Virus record (IMG/VR): IMGVR_UViG_3300030381_000058
DNA: 46,648 bases
DNA from: a virus
Strand: one strand, 5' to 3'
In this document: piece after piece, positions 7,466-17,354 of the stretch
Layout: each line of letters opens with the position of its first letter
How positions within the stretch are numbered: position 1 is the stretch's first letter
Notes under the pieces: generated by a model
Databases searched by the model: none
Seen by the model: the letters and a program-made list of their open reading frames with translations, nothing else
Told to the model about the DNA's origin: nothing
Position numbers and translations under genes: made by a program

Positions 7466-7897
7466 ATGGATACCTATAACATCAACGGCGTTGCCGTGGA
7501 GTATGACACTTTCGACACGGTAAACATGGAGCTGTTCATCAATGAGCTGGAACGTGTGCAGAAGGAAACCGAAGCACTGCCCAATGATTTCACTGCCTAC
7601 ACGAAGGGCATGTGCGAACTGGTTCGGGACTTTTTCGATACCATCATCGGGGAAGGCACCTCTGAAAAGTGTTTCGGCCCCAGAAGCAACCTGAAAGCTA
7701 TCGTGTTCGCTTACGGCGATTTCGTCCGCCGGGTGGCGGAAGAGATGGTTTCCATCAAGGACATTGCGAACGGGCTTCCTGTGCCCGGTGCTGTAGCTAC
7801 CCCCACCAACCGGGAGCAGAGACGCGCAGAGGAACGGGCACGACGCCGCGCAGAAGCCGCCGAGCGGGTGAAGTTGCGCAAGTCCGATGCGAACTAA
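7466..7897 (+). CDS. Tail assembly chaperone, putative
   Basis: 143 aa with ataaggagg RBS and a basic C-terminal tail. Lies between the major tail and tape-measure genes. Confidence 0.55.
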   Translation: MDTYNINGVAVEYDTFDTVNMELFINELERVQKETEALPNDFTAYTKGMCELVRDFFDTIIGEGTSEKCFGPRSNLKAIVFAYGDFVRRVAEEMVSIKDIANGLPVPGAVATPTNREQRRAEERARRRAEAAERVKLRKSDAN

Positions 7898-8516
7898 CCC
7901 ATTTCGTGCGCTACCGGATCATGTTGAAGTCAACGGGAAGCGGGTACCAATAGACCCTAGCTTCCGCGTCGGAGTGGCGATAGAACTAGAGGTATTGAAG
8001 GAAGAAAAGCCGGACGTTGCCGGGCTTTTATCCCTTTTTTACCGAGGTTCTGTCCCTGCCGATGTTAAGGCCGCTGTTGATGCCATGCTTGGCTTTTTCC
8101 GTGGGTACAATCAAGCCGACGGAGAACCAAAACAAGGGGATAAGAAGAAGGGAGGGAGAGTATACGACTTTGAGCAGGATGCCGAAGCTATCTCTTCCTC
8201 TTTTCTTACTTACTACAACATCGACCTTACGAAAACAGACTTACATTGGTGGGAGTTTCGCCGCCTGCTGTTCAACCTGCCGCATGAAAGCAATTTTATG
8301 CAACGGATTATGTACCGAACGGCGGACTTAAACAAGTTAGACCGGACGCGCCGCAAGCATTTCAAGAAAATGCGCGAAATCTACGCTATCAAGGATACCG
8401 TAGACCGCAAAAAGCACATGACGGTGGAAGAACGCGACGCTGAATTGTTGGCGCAAATCAACAGGAGATACCAGGAGGCAGAGGAATACATCAAACAGAA
8501 GGGGAAAGGTGATTAA
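7887..8516 (+). CDS. Phage Gp15-family protein (tail assembly)
   Basis: N-terminus NPFRALPDHVEVNGKRVPIDPSFRVGVAIE resembles the A118 Gp15 family (LP..v.i.Gk.ypI..dFR). Directly precedes the tape measure. Confidence 0.6.
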   Translation: MRTNPFRALPDHVEVNGKRVPIDPSFRVGVAIELEVLKEEKPDVAGLLSLFYRGSVPADVKAAVDAMLGFFRGYNQADGEPKQGDKKKGGRVYDFEQDAEAISSSFLTYYNIDLTKTDLHWWEFRRLLFNLPHESNFMQRIMYRTADLNKLDRTRRKHFKKMREIYAIKDTVDRKKHMTVEERDAELLAQINRRYQEAEEYIKQKGKGD

Positions 8517-8529
8517 GGTGGTGATGTAA

Positions 8530-11500
8530 ATGGCCGATGGTTCTGTCACCATCGAGATTAACGGTGATGCTAGTGAAGTAATAAACTCGTTCAAACAAGT
8601 TTCATCTGCTGCCGAAGCATTAGCAAACAACCTAAAGGGTATCACTGGTTCATTTGAGACTGTTTCCAGCGCTTCGCGGGGCATGTCAGAGGGTATTTCT
8701 GGTTCCCTTGGGGATATTGATACCTATCTTAATGAAATCGACGCCTCACTGAATGAGCTGAACAACGATCCGTTTTCTACGGCGGCGGATGGTGCCCAAA
8801 ACCTGGGGAATTCACTGAACGATATGGATTCCTACCTAGATGATCTTGAATCATCGTTCGATGAACTGCGAAACGACCCATTTAGCACAAACTCGGACGG
8901 CGCGGACCATCTTCGTGAGGATTTGGATAGGTTGAGTGATTCCGCTGATGATGCAGAGGAAGACTTAGACAGATTAGGCGATGCTGCCGATGATGCCGGT
9001 GACCAGATGGATGAAGCCGGTGGCAGTGCTAGTAAATTCGGCGATATTTTCAAGGGCACCTTCATGGGCAACCTTGCTGCCAAAGGCGTTGAGTTAGCTA
9101 TCGAAGCCGTTAAAAAACTCGGCGAGGCTATGATCGACGTCGGCAAGCAGGCTGTCGAAGCCTACGCTTCCTATGAGCAGAACGTAGGCGGCATTGATAC
9201 CCTATTCAAAGAGGCCAGCGGCACGATGCAACAGTACGCCGCTAACGCCTACAAAACAGCTGGGCTTTCTGCTAACCAGTACATGGAGACGGCTACATCG
9301 TTCGCCGCGTCTCTGATTTCTGGCCTGGGCGGTGATGTAAACAAGGCGGCAGAGGTTGCTAACCGAGCTATCACGGATATGTCGGACAACGCCAACAAGA
9401 TGGGCACCGACATGCAGAGCATACAGGACGCTTACCAAGGTTTTGCTAAGCAAAACTACACAATGCTCGATAACCTAAAACTGGGTTATGGCGGCACGCA
9501 ATCAGAAATGATTCGCCTAATCAATGATTCAGGCGTCCTTGGTAAAAAAATCAGCAGCCTGGATAATGTGTCGTTTGCGACAATGATCGAGGCTATCCAT
9601 GCGGTGCAAAACAACCTAGGAATCACTGGCACCACGGCGAAGGAAGCGGCTACCACCATCGAGGGTAGCGTAAACTCTATGAAGGGCGCTTGGGAAAACT
9701 GGCTCGTCGGGCTGGCAAGCCCAGATGCAGACCTTGGTGCGCTTACACAGAACCTAGTCCAGAGCGTTGTTACAGTCGTTCAAAACGTCGGGCCGACCAT
9801 CGGACGGATTCTCAGCAATTTGGGAGGCCTCATCCTGGATGGGCTGAGCAACCTATTCCCCGACGTTGCAGGCTGGATTTCCGGCCCTATTGAAGGTGTG
9901 AAATCGGCATTTTCCACATTAGGAGAAGCCATAGGCAAAGTCTTTACACCAGAGCGAACGGCGGCAATCAGTGAGTTTTTCCAAAAATTCACTGAAATTG
10001 CGGCAACGGTAGCTATCACAGCCCTCAGTGCTGCCCTTGAATTTTTGGCAAACGTAATTACCGCCGTTGTAACGGTAATTGGTGCGCTGATTACATTTTT
10101 CGGCACCACCTTACCTAATGCAATCCAAACGGTAATCACCTGGTTCCAGAATCTACCGGATGCCATTTTTAACGCATTGACAGCGGCGGGGACAGCTATT
10201 CGCAACTGGGGCACCTCGGCGAAGGAAGCGCTGGTAAACGCTGTAACCAATGCTATCAATGCAGTTGTTACGTGGTTCTCTGGGCTGGCAAGCAAGATTA
10301 CCAGCGCTTTAACGGCGGCTGGTGCTGCTATTCGTAGTTGGGGAAACGATGTAAAAACCGCGATGGTAAACGCGGTAACAAATGCTATCAACGCAGTTGT
10401 CACATGGTTCAGCAATCTGGCATCTAAAATCACCGGTGCATTAACAACCGCTGGTGCTGCTATCCGTAACTGGGCATCTACCACCGTTACCAACATGCGG
10501 CAGGCGGCAAGCGACGCTGTAAATGCGGCTATCACGTTTTTCTCAACTCTCCCAGGCAAAATTAGGAGCGCTTTAGCAGGTGCACTTTCCGCTTTGGTTA
10601 GTTGGGGTTCCCAGATGGCGTCGCGTGCCCGTGCCAAAATGGTAGAGGTTAAAAACAACATCAAATCAACGCTCTCTTCGTTGCCTGGACAACTGAAATC
10701 CATCGGTAGGGACATCGTTCAAGGTCTTATCAATGGTATTTCCAACAAGTTAGGCGCATTAAAGAAAAAAGCTCAAGAAATTGCCGATACGGTCAAAAAT
10801 AAGGTCAAAAACCTACTTGGCATTAATTCTCCGTCCAAAGTGTTCTACGAATACGGCGTAAACATTATTCAGGGCCTTGCGAATGGCTTGAAAGAAAACA
10901 TCAAACTAGCCCGTGATGCAGCTAGAAACGTTGCTAACATCGTTTCCAAAGAGGTTGAAAAGCTGAACGATGAGATTGAAAAAATCGAAACGGCAGCTAA
11001 TGAACGTGCAGCGGCAAAAGAACTTGCCGAGTACAAGAAAAGCCTAAAGGAAAAGAATGACGAGCTAGCAAAGGCCGAAGTCAAGGACAGGGAAAAAATT
11101 CAGGCTGATATCGACAAGCTTAATGAAGATTGGAATGAGAAACAGCTCCAAAAGCAGGAAGCGGCTCAGAAGGAAGCCTTGAAATCCCAAGCGGATGCCC
11201 TGAACGAAATCAAGAACAACTACGAAAAGGCACTGAACGCTGTTGAAAGCAGCCGGGATAGTTTGCAGGGCAAGTTAAGCGACGTTGATCTATTCACCGA
11301 GGAAGATGATTTCTTCCAGTTGACAAACCTGCAAAAGAGTATCGACGCTATCAACAAGTATGGAGATACCATCCAGGCCCTGAAAGACCGCGGCATTGCG
11401 GATAGCTTGCTTGATGAAGTCTTGGGACTGGACCAAGAAAAGGCCATGAAGTACGCCAACGCCCTGTTGGGCATGGCGGATGACCAGTATGAGAACTATA

Positions 11501-12006
11501 TGGCCTTGTGGCAGGAGAAGGAAGCAGCATCTAAAAAGGTGGCCCAATCCATCTATCAGACGGAGATCGACGCTATCCATGACGAATACCTGGATAAGAT
11601 GCCGGATGAGTTTAAGCCTGCTGGGCAGGAAGCAATGGACGCTTTCGGCGATGGCTTGGCTATCAGTGGAGAACGGGCTATTGCAATAGCAAAATCCGTA
11701 TCTGATAGCATCCTGGCAGAGCTGGATAGAATCAACGCTGCCGACGTTGTTTCCAGGACGGTAAACGCCGATGTTTCCGACTTCTCTGGGCGGCTGACTG
11801 GTACGGTAAACGATAAGGCGGCGCAGGCCGCGTCTCTGAAAACCGAGGATATGACCGGGCTGGCAAATGCCATTGTCCTAGCATCCAGCGCCCAGGGACG
11901 AAGCAAGGAAATCGTGCTGAACCTGAACGGCAAAGAGGTTGCCCGTGGCCTGATTGATGATATCCGGGCTGTGGAAGACCAAAGCCCACGCATTGTAAGC
12001 GATTAA
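8530..12006 (+). CDS. Tape measure protein
   Basis: 1158 aa and the longest ORF. Ala/Gly-rich helical repeats, internal tandem repeats, coiled-coil C-terminal third. Position supports the call. Confidence 0.9.
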   Translation: MADGSVTIEINGDASEVINSFKQVSSAAEALANNLKGITGSFETVSSASRGMSEGISGSLGDIDTYLNEIDASLNELNNDPFSTAADGAQNLGNSLNDMDSYLDDLESSFDELRNDPFSTNSDGADHLREDLDRLSDSADDAEEDLDRLGDAADDAGDQMDEAGGSASKFGDIFKGTFMGNLAAKGVELAIEAVKKLGEAMIDVGKQAVEAYASYEQNVGGIDTLFKEASGTMQQYAANAYKTAGLSANQYMETATSFAASLISGLGGDVNKAAEVANRAITDMSDNANKMGTDMQSIQDAYQGFAKQNYTMLDNLKLGYGGTQSEMIRLINDSGVLGKKISSLDNVSFATMIEAIHAVQNNLGITGTTAKEAATTIEGSVNSMKGAWENWLVGLASPDADLGALTQNLVQSVVTVVQNVGPTIGRILSNLGGLILDGLSNLFPDVAGWISGPIEGVKSAFSTLGEAIGKVFTPERTAAISEFFQKFTEIAATVAITALSAALEFLANVITAVVTVIGALITFFGTTLPNAIQTVITWFQNLPDAIFNALTAAGTAIRNWGTSAKEALVNAVTNAINAVVTWFSGLASKITSALTAAGAAIRSWGNDVKTAMVNAVTNAINAVVTWFSNLASKITGALTTAGAAIRNWASTTVTNMRQAASDAVNAAITFFSTLPGKIRSALAGALSALVSWGSQMASRARAKMVEVKNNIKSTLSSLPGQLKSIGRDIVQGLINGISNKLGALKKKAQEIADTVKNKVKNLLGINSPSKVFYEYGVNIIQGLANGLKENIKLARDAARNVANIVSKEVEKLNDEIEKIETAANERAAAKELAEYKKSLKEKNDELAKAEVKDREKIQADIDKLNEDWNEKQLQKQEAAQKEALKSQADALNEIKNNYEKALNAVESSRDSLQGKLSDVDLFTEEDDFFQLTNLQKSIDAINKYGDTIQALKDRGIADSLLDEVLGLDQEKAMKYANALLGMADDQYENYMALWQEKEAASKKVAQSIYQTEIDAIHDEYLDKMPDEFKPAGQEAMDAFGDGLAISGERAIAIAKSVSDSILAELDRINAADVVSRTVNADVSDFSGRLTGTVNDKAAQAASLKTEDMTGLANAIVLASSAQGRSKEIVLNLNGKEVARGLIDDIRAVEDQSPRIVSD
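10174..10569 (+). repeat. Three tandem 132-bp (44-aa) repeats inside the tape measure gene
   Basis: Units start at 10174, 10306 and 10438 (ALTAAGxAIRxWG...VNAVTNAINAVVTWFSxLASKITx), with a degenerate fourth unit from 10570. Confidence 0.85.
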
Positions 12007-12018
12007 GGGGGTGGGAAA

Positions 12019-12414
12019 ATGAATGAAGATACTGGGAACATGTTCCTCTCTATTGATGGAATCGAAGTCGAAGATTTGGAAGAGGGGGACTACACCGCCT
12101 ATGAGGAAGAGTTGGGCGTCTCAGAGCGTATGATTTCCGGGCGGCGTATCGAAGAAGTCCGCGCCACCATCTGGCACGTGGAACTGGAATGGTCTGCAAT
12201 CGACTATGCCACAATGCAGCGGATTGCAGAGGCTATGAAAGCTAGGCGTCGGCATCAGCTCTTTTTCCTGCCCTCTACCGGCGGGAAAGAGCTGGTGCAG
12301 GGGTGGTTTCACCTGGTAGAGCAACCACAACCCACGCTCACCCGCTGGGGAGACGCTGGCCCCACCTGGGGCGGGTACAAACTGGTATTTGAGGAGATCG
12401 ACGGCCATGATTAA
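12019..12414 (+). CDS. Small distal-tail-module protein, function unknown
   Basis: 131 aa with gggggtggg RBS. Lies between the tape measure and the large tip protein. Confidence 0.5.
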   Translation: MNEDTGNMFLSIDGIEVEDLEEGDYTAYEEELGVSERMISGRRIEEVRATIWHVELEWSAIDYATMQRIAEAMKARRRHQLFFLPSTGGKELVQGWFHLVEQPQPTLTRWGDAGPTWGGYKLVFEEIDGHD

Positions 12415-14587
12415 ACACAGCGCAGAATATGAAGCCGCCGTCGTGGCCGATTCCAGGAAACAGCTAGTCCGGGCAGTGTTCGACCTGGTAGACCCGGATG
12501 CAACCATCAACAGCATCACCCCCAATGAGGAAGGGCCTATCTCTAACTCTGCCCAGGTGACGAATCGTGGCAACGATGAAAGCCCGGATACTATCGCAAC
12601 GCTGGAACTGAATCGCTGGGTACTGGATGGTAGTTTTACCATCCGGCCCAGCGACCCAGCGGACAGAAGGGGACAGGTTGGTTGGGAAGGGGAGACCCTA
12701 TCAGGCCAGGATGGAAGCTTTTCTGAACCCTATCCCTACATCGAAATCGCAGTGTCCAACATCGAGATTTTACAGGCCGTCACAACGCAGTTTTCCAGCA
12801 AATCAGCGGACGGATACCCAACCGAGTTTGAAATCCATGTTTGGAGTGGCGATAACCTTCTGTATACCAGGGTTGTAACGAACAACCGAGATACCAGTGT
12901 TGTTATCGATGGCTTCACGGTGAACTATCCCACACGGGCGCGGCTGACTATTAAAAAATGGTCCCTACCTAACCGCGTTGTCCGTGTTCTGCGCCTGCTG
13001 TTCGGTCTCTATGAAACGTGGGATACGAAAGTTTTGCAGTCCGTGGACATTCTAACGGAAGTGACGTTTTCCGGGCTGAAAATCCCATATTCGACCTGTG
13101 ACATTCGGGTAGAAAACAAAGACCATCGTTTCGATCCCTACGCCCCGAACACGATTTTTACGTCTATCGAAGATCGGCAAAGAATCGTCGTGGAGCTGGG
13201 TCTATACCTAGAAGATGGGACTGTCGAATGGTTGCCCGGCGGTACCTACTACCAGCAAAGCGCAGGCTGGAAACTCCAAGACCTCACCGTTGAATGGTCC
13301 TTGGTGGATGTGATCGGGGCGCTGACCAAGAGAAATTTCATCGCCCCCGAAACCCTGCCAACGAAAGTATCCGGCTGGGTAGAGGCTATTATGGCGAGCC
13401 TGGGCACAAACTTCCGCACAAACTACATCGTGGAAGATGCTGTAAAGGATATTTCCATTACAGCCACGAAGGACGATATCAAGGATAAAAAATGCGGCGA
13501 GATGCTACGCTTCCTCTGCATGGCAATCAACGCATGGCCCCGGCAGGATTTTGCGACCGGCTACCTGCGTGTCGGTAAGCTGGCCCAGGATGAAGGTAAT
13601 CGAATTACCCTAGACAACATGTACGAATACCCGGAAATGTCGGCAAACGATGATATAGCGGATATCACGTTTAAGCTGGACAACAACAACGAAGTCACTT
13701 TTTCCGGGAACAACACCGAATCCGAAGTATCCCTGAGTGTCGATAACCCGTTTATTCACACAGAAGCGGATGCCAGAAAGGCGGTTATTTCCTGTTTATT
13801 CGAGTACGGCGGACGTTCGTTCAGCGTTAAAAGCCGTGGTAATCCATCCAGTGAGTGCGGTGATATCCAAGCGGTAGATACGCAATTCAAAAGCACCATT
13901 TCCGCCCGACTGTACAAACAGCAGCTTACCCTAGAGGATGGTGTTATGCGTTCCAGCCCGTCCGAACTGGTGCAGTCTCCCAATGATTCCATGTATCAGA
14001 ACAAAATCGTTCTCACTGGTTCCGGTACCTGGACAGCACCTCAAGCTGGTGCTATCAAACTCACGCTGATCGGCGGCGGCAATGGTGGCATGGGCGGCGG
14101 CGGCGGTAATATGCTGTGGGGTGATTCCTTCGACCCGAAGGATAACGATGGTGGCATCGGCGGCAATGGCGGCAAGGTATTCATTATCGAAACAACCGCC
14201 ACCAAAAACCAGGCATATACCTACACTTGTGGCGCGGCTGGTACCGGCGGCGCTGGTGGCGCAAAGGGACAGGATGGTACCAAGGGCACGGACGGAGGCG
14301 CTACCACATTCGGTGTGTTCACGTCCGCCAACGGTAAAATCTACACCTCCGGTTTGATGGACATTCAGAGCGGCGCTGTGTACGCCCAGAAGGGCGCTGA
14401 CTACGCCGGTACAATCACCGGCCTGGAAGGTTCGGGCGGCGCAGGCGGCAAGCAAGGACGCAATGGCAAATATGCCCAGCGCAAAGACAAAGAAACCGGC
14501 ATGTATCATACCTATGTAGCCGCAAGAGCCACGGAGGGCACAGCCGGGGAGAACGGAAAACCTGGGTGTGTAATTGTAGAATGGTAG
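12407..14587 (+). CDS. Tail tip / baseplate protein with C-terminal glycine-rich domain
   Basis: ATG 12407 overlaps the upstream stop, with GAGGAG 10 nt upstream. About 726 aa. The C-terminus has GGGNGGMGGGGG...GGIGGNGG...GAAGTGGAGGAKGQDGTKGTDGG...GSGGAGGKQGRNG and ends PGCVIVEW. Confidence 0.7.
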   Translation: MIKHSAEYEAAVVADSRKQLVRAVFDLVDPDATINSITPNEEGPISNSAQVTNRGNDESPDTIATLELNRWVLDGSFTIRPSDPADRRGQVGWEGETLSGQDGSFSEPYPYIEIAVSNIEILQAVTTQFSSKSADGYPTEFEIHVWSGDNLLYTRVVTNNRDTSVVIDGFTVNYPTRARLTIKKWSLPNRVVRVLRLLFGLYETWDTKVLQSVDILTEVTFSGLKIPYSTCDIRVENKDHRFDPYAPNTIFTSIEDRQRIVVELGLYLEDGTVEWLPGGTYYQQSAGWKLQDLTVEWSLVDVIGALTKRNFIAPETLPTKVSGWVEAIMASLGTNFRTNYIVEDAVKDISITATKDDIKDKKCGEMLRFLCMAINAWPRQDFATGYLRVGKLAQDEGNRITLDNMYEYPEMSANDDIADITFKLDNNNEVTFSGNNTESEVSLSVDNPFIHTEADARKAVISCLFEYGGRSFSVKSRGNPSSECGDIQAVDTQFKSTISARLYKQQLTLEDGVMRSSPSELVQSPNDSMYQNKIVLTGSGTWTAPQAGAIKLTLIGGGNGGMGGGGGNMLWGDSFDPKDNDGGIGGNGGKVFIIETTATKNQAYTYTCGAAGTGGAGGAKGQDGTKGTDGGATTFGVFTSANGKIYTSGLMDIQSGAVYAQKGADYAGTITGLEGSGGAGGKQGRNGKYAQRKDKETGMYHTYVAARATEGTAGENGKPGCVIVEW

Positions 14588-14595
14588 GTGATTCA

Positions 14596-15111
14596 ATGGG
14601 TGTAAAGTATTCCTCAATTACAGAAAACGGTAGTATCATCGACGCCCTAATCACGGATCGCACAGCGTCGGATGTTGCCGAAGCCGTTAGTTTGGCCCAG
14701 AAAATCAGCACAGGAAACGCAACGGAAGCGGAAATTACCGAGTTTCTGACCGTGATAAAGGGGAGTTACAACTATACCGATATGAATCGTGTCGGCCAGG
14801 CAGTGGCTTACCTTCGGGACAGATTGCGTGATGATGCTGGTACCTCTGTTGAGGTAGCTCCTAAAACGGACTGGTCCAACGGTGATATCCCAACCCCGGA
14901 GCAGGCGGCGCAGTATATCAGCGACGTAAAAAACATCCATGCGGCGTTCCTGCTGCCGGAGGGTACACCGGAAGCGCCCGACACGTTGACCGGCCTGACC
15001 TATTCAGGTGCAAACGCTATCGAAACGATATTGTACAACCTGAACACAACCATTGACGCGCTGAAAATCACCCTGATTACAAGCGGGGAAGTATTCGCAG
15101 GGGAGGTATGA
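14596..15111 (+). CDS. Tail fibre-associated protein, putative
   Basis: ATG 14596 follows the upstream TAG. 171 aa with motif DRTASDV...KGSYNYTDMNRVGQAVAYLRDRL. Position supports the call. Confidence 0.5.
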   Translation: MGVKYSSITENGSIIDALITDRTASDVAEAVSLAQKISTGNATEAEITEFLTVIKGSYNYTDMNRVGQAVAYLRDRLRDDAGTSVEVAPKTDWSNGDIPTPEQAAQYISDVKNIHAAFLLPEGTPEAPDTLTGLTYSGANAIETILYNLNTTIDALKITLITSGEVFAGEV

Positions 15112-15114
15112 ACT

Positions 15115-16575
15115 ATGAAAGATTCGATTCTGAAAGGTACCGGCAACAGCCGATTCTTGAAAAGTGCGGTACCCGCTGGGACTAGCTGGGCGGACGCCCT
15201 GGCAATGCTCCAGGCAGGTACATTCCCCATTGATTTCAACGGCATTAACAACGCGGGATTTCAGCAGGTGGGAACGCCTCTGAACAAGGCAAACCTGCTG
15301 AAAGATGTGACCGCGCTGACCCTTGGACTTACCGGGGACGCGGTACCCAATGACATGTTCAACGTCCTGGCACATGCGGGGGATTTGCATGTGTGGCGTA
15401 AAACTATCACGAGTGGCAACGGAACGTATAGTTTAGGCGCAGTGCAGGAAGGCTTGCATTATATCAAATGGGCGAATAATAGTGCTACATCCGACTCTTC
15501 CGGAACTTTTGAATACGGCAGTGAAATCGCAGTAAACAAAGATGGAACTATTACAGGCATCAAAAATCCCAGCACCATCACTATTAAGCCGTGGAATGAT
15601 GATGCATCAAAAGCTAACGTATTTAAGGGGAAATTTATAAAAATGATTTCCCAGGTTGAAACAGGGATGTCCCACTTTAAAATCGGTGAAATTTGGTGGA
15701 TTCCTGCCGACGCCGCGATGACGAAAGGCTTGTTGAATGGAGAGAGCGGCAGGTGGTATATCGCGGCAAGTAAGCGCCAACAAGTGATTGGCGTCCCCGC
15801 CGGAACCACCGTAACCTACCCCGTCTCCACCAACCGCAACGCCTACCAGGAGGGGAGCGACGCGAAAGAGGCAGGGTATACGTTGGGGGATGTAAAAACA
15901 GGGAGTTTTGCTATCACCAGCAAAAGTTCTCCTGGTGGCGTCGGAACGTACTGGAACGACAGTGCTGCCCTTTCCGTCTCCGATGATGGCACTTGCACAT
16001 TAGCAACTACCGGGGGAACTTATATTGATGGAACGACAACAAACGCAGCAACCACGGCGAAAAACGAGCTACAAGGAAAATTCGCGTATTGTAATAACAC
16101 TGATACCGATTTTGCCTCATCGGTGATTGTTTTCTTTCCATCCAACACGATATTTACCAGAGTCGGAAATATTGTCTACGCCGACCGCTACCAACCCGTC
16201 ACCGGCTACGCCGCTATCCCAGCGAACACCACCATTGAGTACCTGGGGTGTTTGGGGGATAAAGCGAGGGTGCAGGTTGTTAGTTATGTTGGGACGGGGA
16301 CGTATGGGGAGGATAACAAAAATTCTCTCACATTCAATTTCTCACCAAAGGTTCTTTTGATAATCATGAGTGGGGACTACAATAACAGAACATATACAGG
16401 AACTTTGTATCCATTTTCCGAACGTGGAGGCTGTTTTATCATCGGTAATAGTGGTTGGACGTCTACATTAAATTGTAGTGAATCGAAGCATGAGATTTTT
16501 TGGTGGTCTTTCAACAGTACGCACGAACAGTTAAATATTTCTGGCTATAAATACACCGCCATCGCCATCGGCTGA
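15115..16575 (+). CDS. Tail fibre / receptor-binding protein
   Basis: 486 aa. The conserved fibre N-terminus (GTGNSRFLKSAVPAGTSWADALAMLQAGTFPIDFNG...GTPLNKANLL) is followed by a Ser/Thr/Gly-rich variable body. Confidence 0.65.
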   Translation: MKDSILKGTGNSRFLKSAVPAGTSWADALAMLQAGTFPIDFNGINNAGFQQVGTPLNKANLLKDVTALTLGLTGDAVPNDMFNVLAHAGDLHVWRKTITSGNGTYSLGAVQEGLHYIKWANNSATSDSSGTFEYGSEIAVNKDGTITGIKNPSTITIKPWNDDASKANVFKGKFIKMISQVETGMSHFKIGEIWWIPADAAMTKGLLNGESGRWYIAASKRQQVIGVPAGTTVTYPVSTNRNAYQEGSDAKEAGYTLGDVKTGSFAITSKSSPGGVGTYWNDSAALSVSDDGTCTLATTGGTYIDGTTTNAATTAKNELQGKFAYCNNTDTDFASSVIVFFPSNTIFTRVGNIVYADRYQPVTGYAAIPANTTIEYLGCLGDKARVQVVSYVGTGTYGEDNKNSLTFNFSPKVLLIIMSGDYNNRTYTGTLYPFSERGGCFIIGNSGWTSTLNCSESKHEIFWWSFNSTHEQLNISGYKYTAIAIG

Positions 16576-16590
16576 GAAGGGAGGAAAATC

Positions 16591-16872
16591 ATGTATTACA
16601 TCAACACCCAAGGCCCCAACCACGGCAACCCCACCACCATCCCCTTCCCAAACTCCGTCTCTCTCCCCGATACCCTGCTGATGGACTACATCAACACCAA
16701 GGGCTTCTGTACTCTCACCGTGCAGGACGGCACTGTGACGGCGCTGGTGGTGGACCAGGAGGAGCTGGACGCATACAACGCAGAGCACCCGGACGTGGAA
16801 CCGGAGAAACCTGTGACTGTTGAGGAGCTGTTAGCGGCTCTGCTCGGGGAGGAGGTGAACAAAAATGGATAA
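16591..16872 (+). CDS. Hypothetical protein (fibre module)
   Basis: 93 aa with gggagg RBS. Overlaps the next gene at ATGGATAA. Confidence 0.55.
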   Translation: MYYINTQGPNHGNPTTIPFPNSVSLPDTLLMDYINTKGFCTLTVQDGTVTALVVDQEELDAYNAEHPDVEPEKPVTVEELLAALLGEEVNKNG

Positions 16873-17302
16873 ACTGCAAGCGGTGCGGGAGCTGAGACGG
16901 GCTATCCAACTTTTCCTGTCCACGTTGGACCCGGAGGAACACGCCCAGACCTTATTAGAGGTACCAACTGTGTTCCCCGCTTACGAGGTAGGCCACGCCT
17001 ACAAAATCAAGGATGTGTTTTCCTACGGCACAAACACCGTAGGAGACCCCCAACTTTACCAGGTGTTACAGGCCCACACGTCCGCTGAACAGTGGCCCCC
17101 TGATACGGCAACCAGCCTGTATAAAAAAATCGGGGTAACGTCCGGTGGATATCCTGAGTGGGTTCAGCCGTTGGGCGCTACCGATGCCTACAGCAAGGGC
17201 GATATTGTCAGCTATAAGGGCAAGCTGTACCGTTCGACCATCGACAGCAACGTTTGGGCACCGGATGCCTACCCGGCTGGGTGGGAAGCCTACCAGGAAT
17301 AA
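16865..17302 (+). CDS. Protein with CBM5/12-like carbohydrate-binding repeats
   Basis: Two W...Y..GD.V.Y.GK.Y......N.W.P.....W-type segments (HAYKIKDVFSYG...QWPP; AYSKGDIVSYKGKLYRSTIDSNVWAPDAYPAGWEAY). Confidence 0.55.
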   Translation: MDKLQAVRELRRAIQLFLSTLDPEEHAQTLLEVPTVFPAYEVGHAYKIKDVFSYGTNTVGDPQLYQVLQAHTSAEQWPPDTATSLYKKIGVTSGGYPEWVQPLGATDAYSKGDIVSYKGKLYRSTIDSNVWAPDAYPAGWEAYQE

Positions 17303-17306
17303 ACAA

Positions 17307-17330
17307 AGGCCCCCGTTCATTCGGGGGCCT
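17307..17330. terminator. Strong hairpin after the tail module
   Basis: aggcccccg (17307-17315) pairs with cgggggcct (17322-17330), 9 bp with a 6-nt loop. There is no clear T-run, so terminator function is uncertain. Confidence 0.4.
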
Positions 17331-17354
17331 ACCAAAAGAAAGAGGTGCCAGAAT

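Noticed and set aside
7669-7953. -1 programmed frameshift product of the tail chaperone (G/GT type)
   Set aside because: The overlapping -1 frame ORF extends only 56 nt past the chaperone stop, has Arg/Pro/Gly-rich non-protein-like composition, and I saw no slippery heptamer. A separate Gp15-like ORF follows instead.
9780-10715. 311-aa minus-strand ORF inside the tape measure gene
   Set aside because: It is an antisense shadow of the Ala-rich repeat region (GCN codons read as NGC), with no start context.
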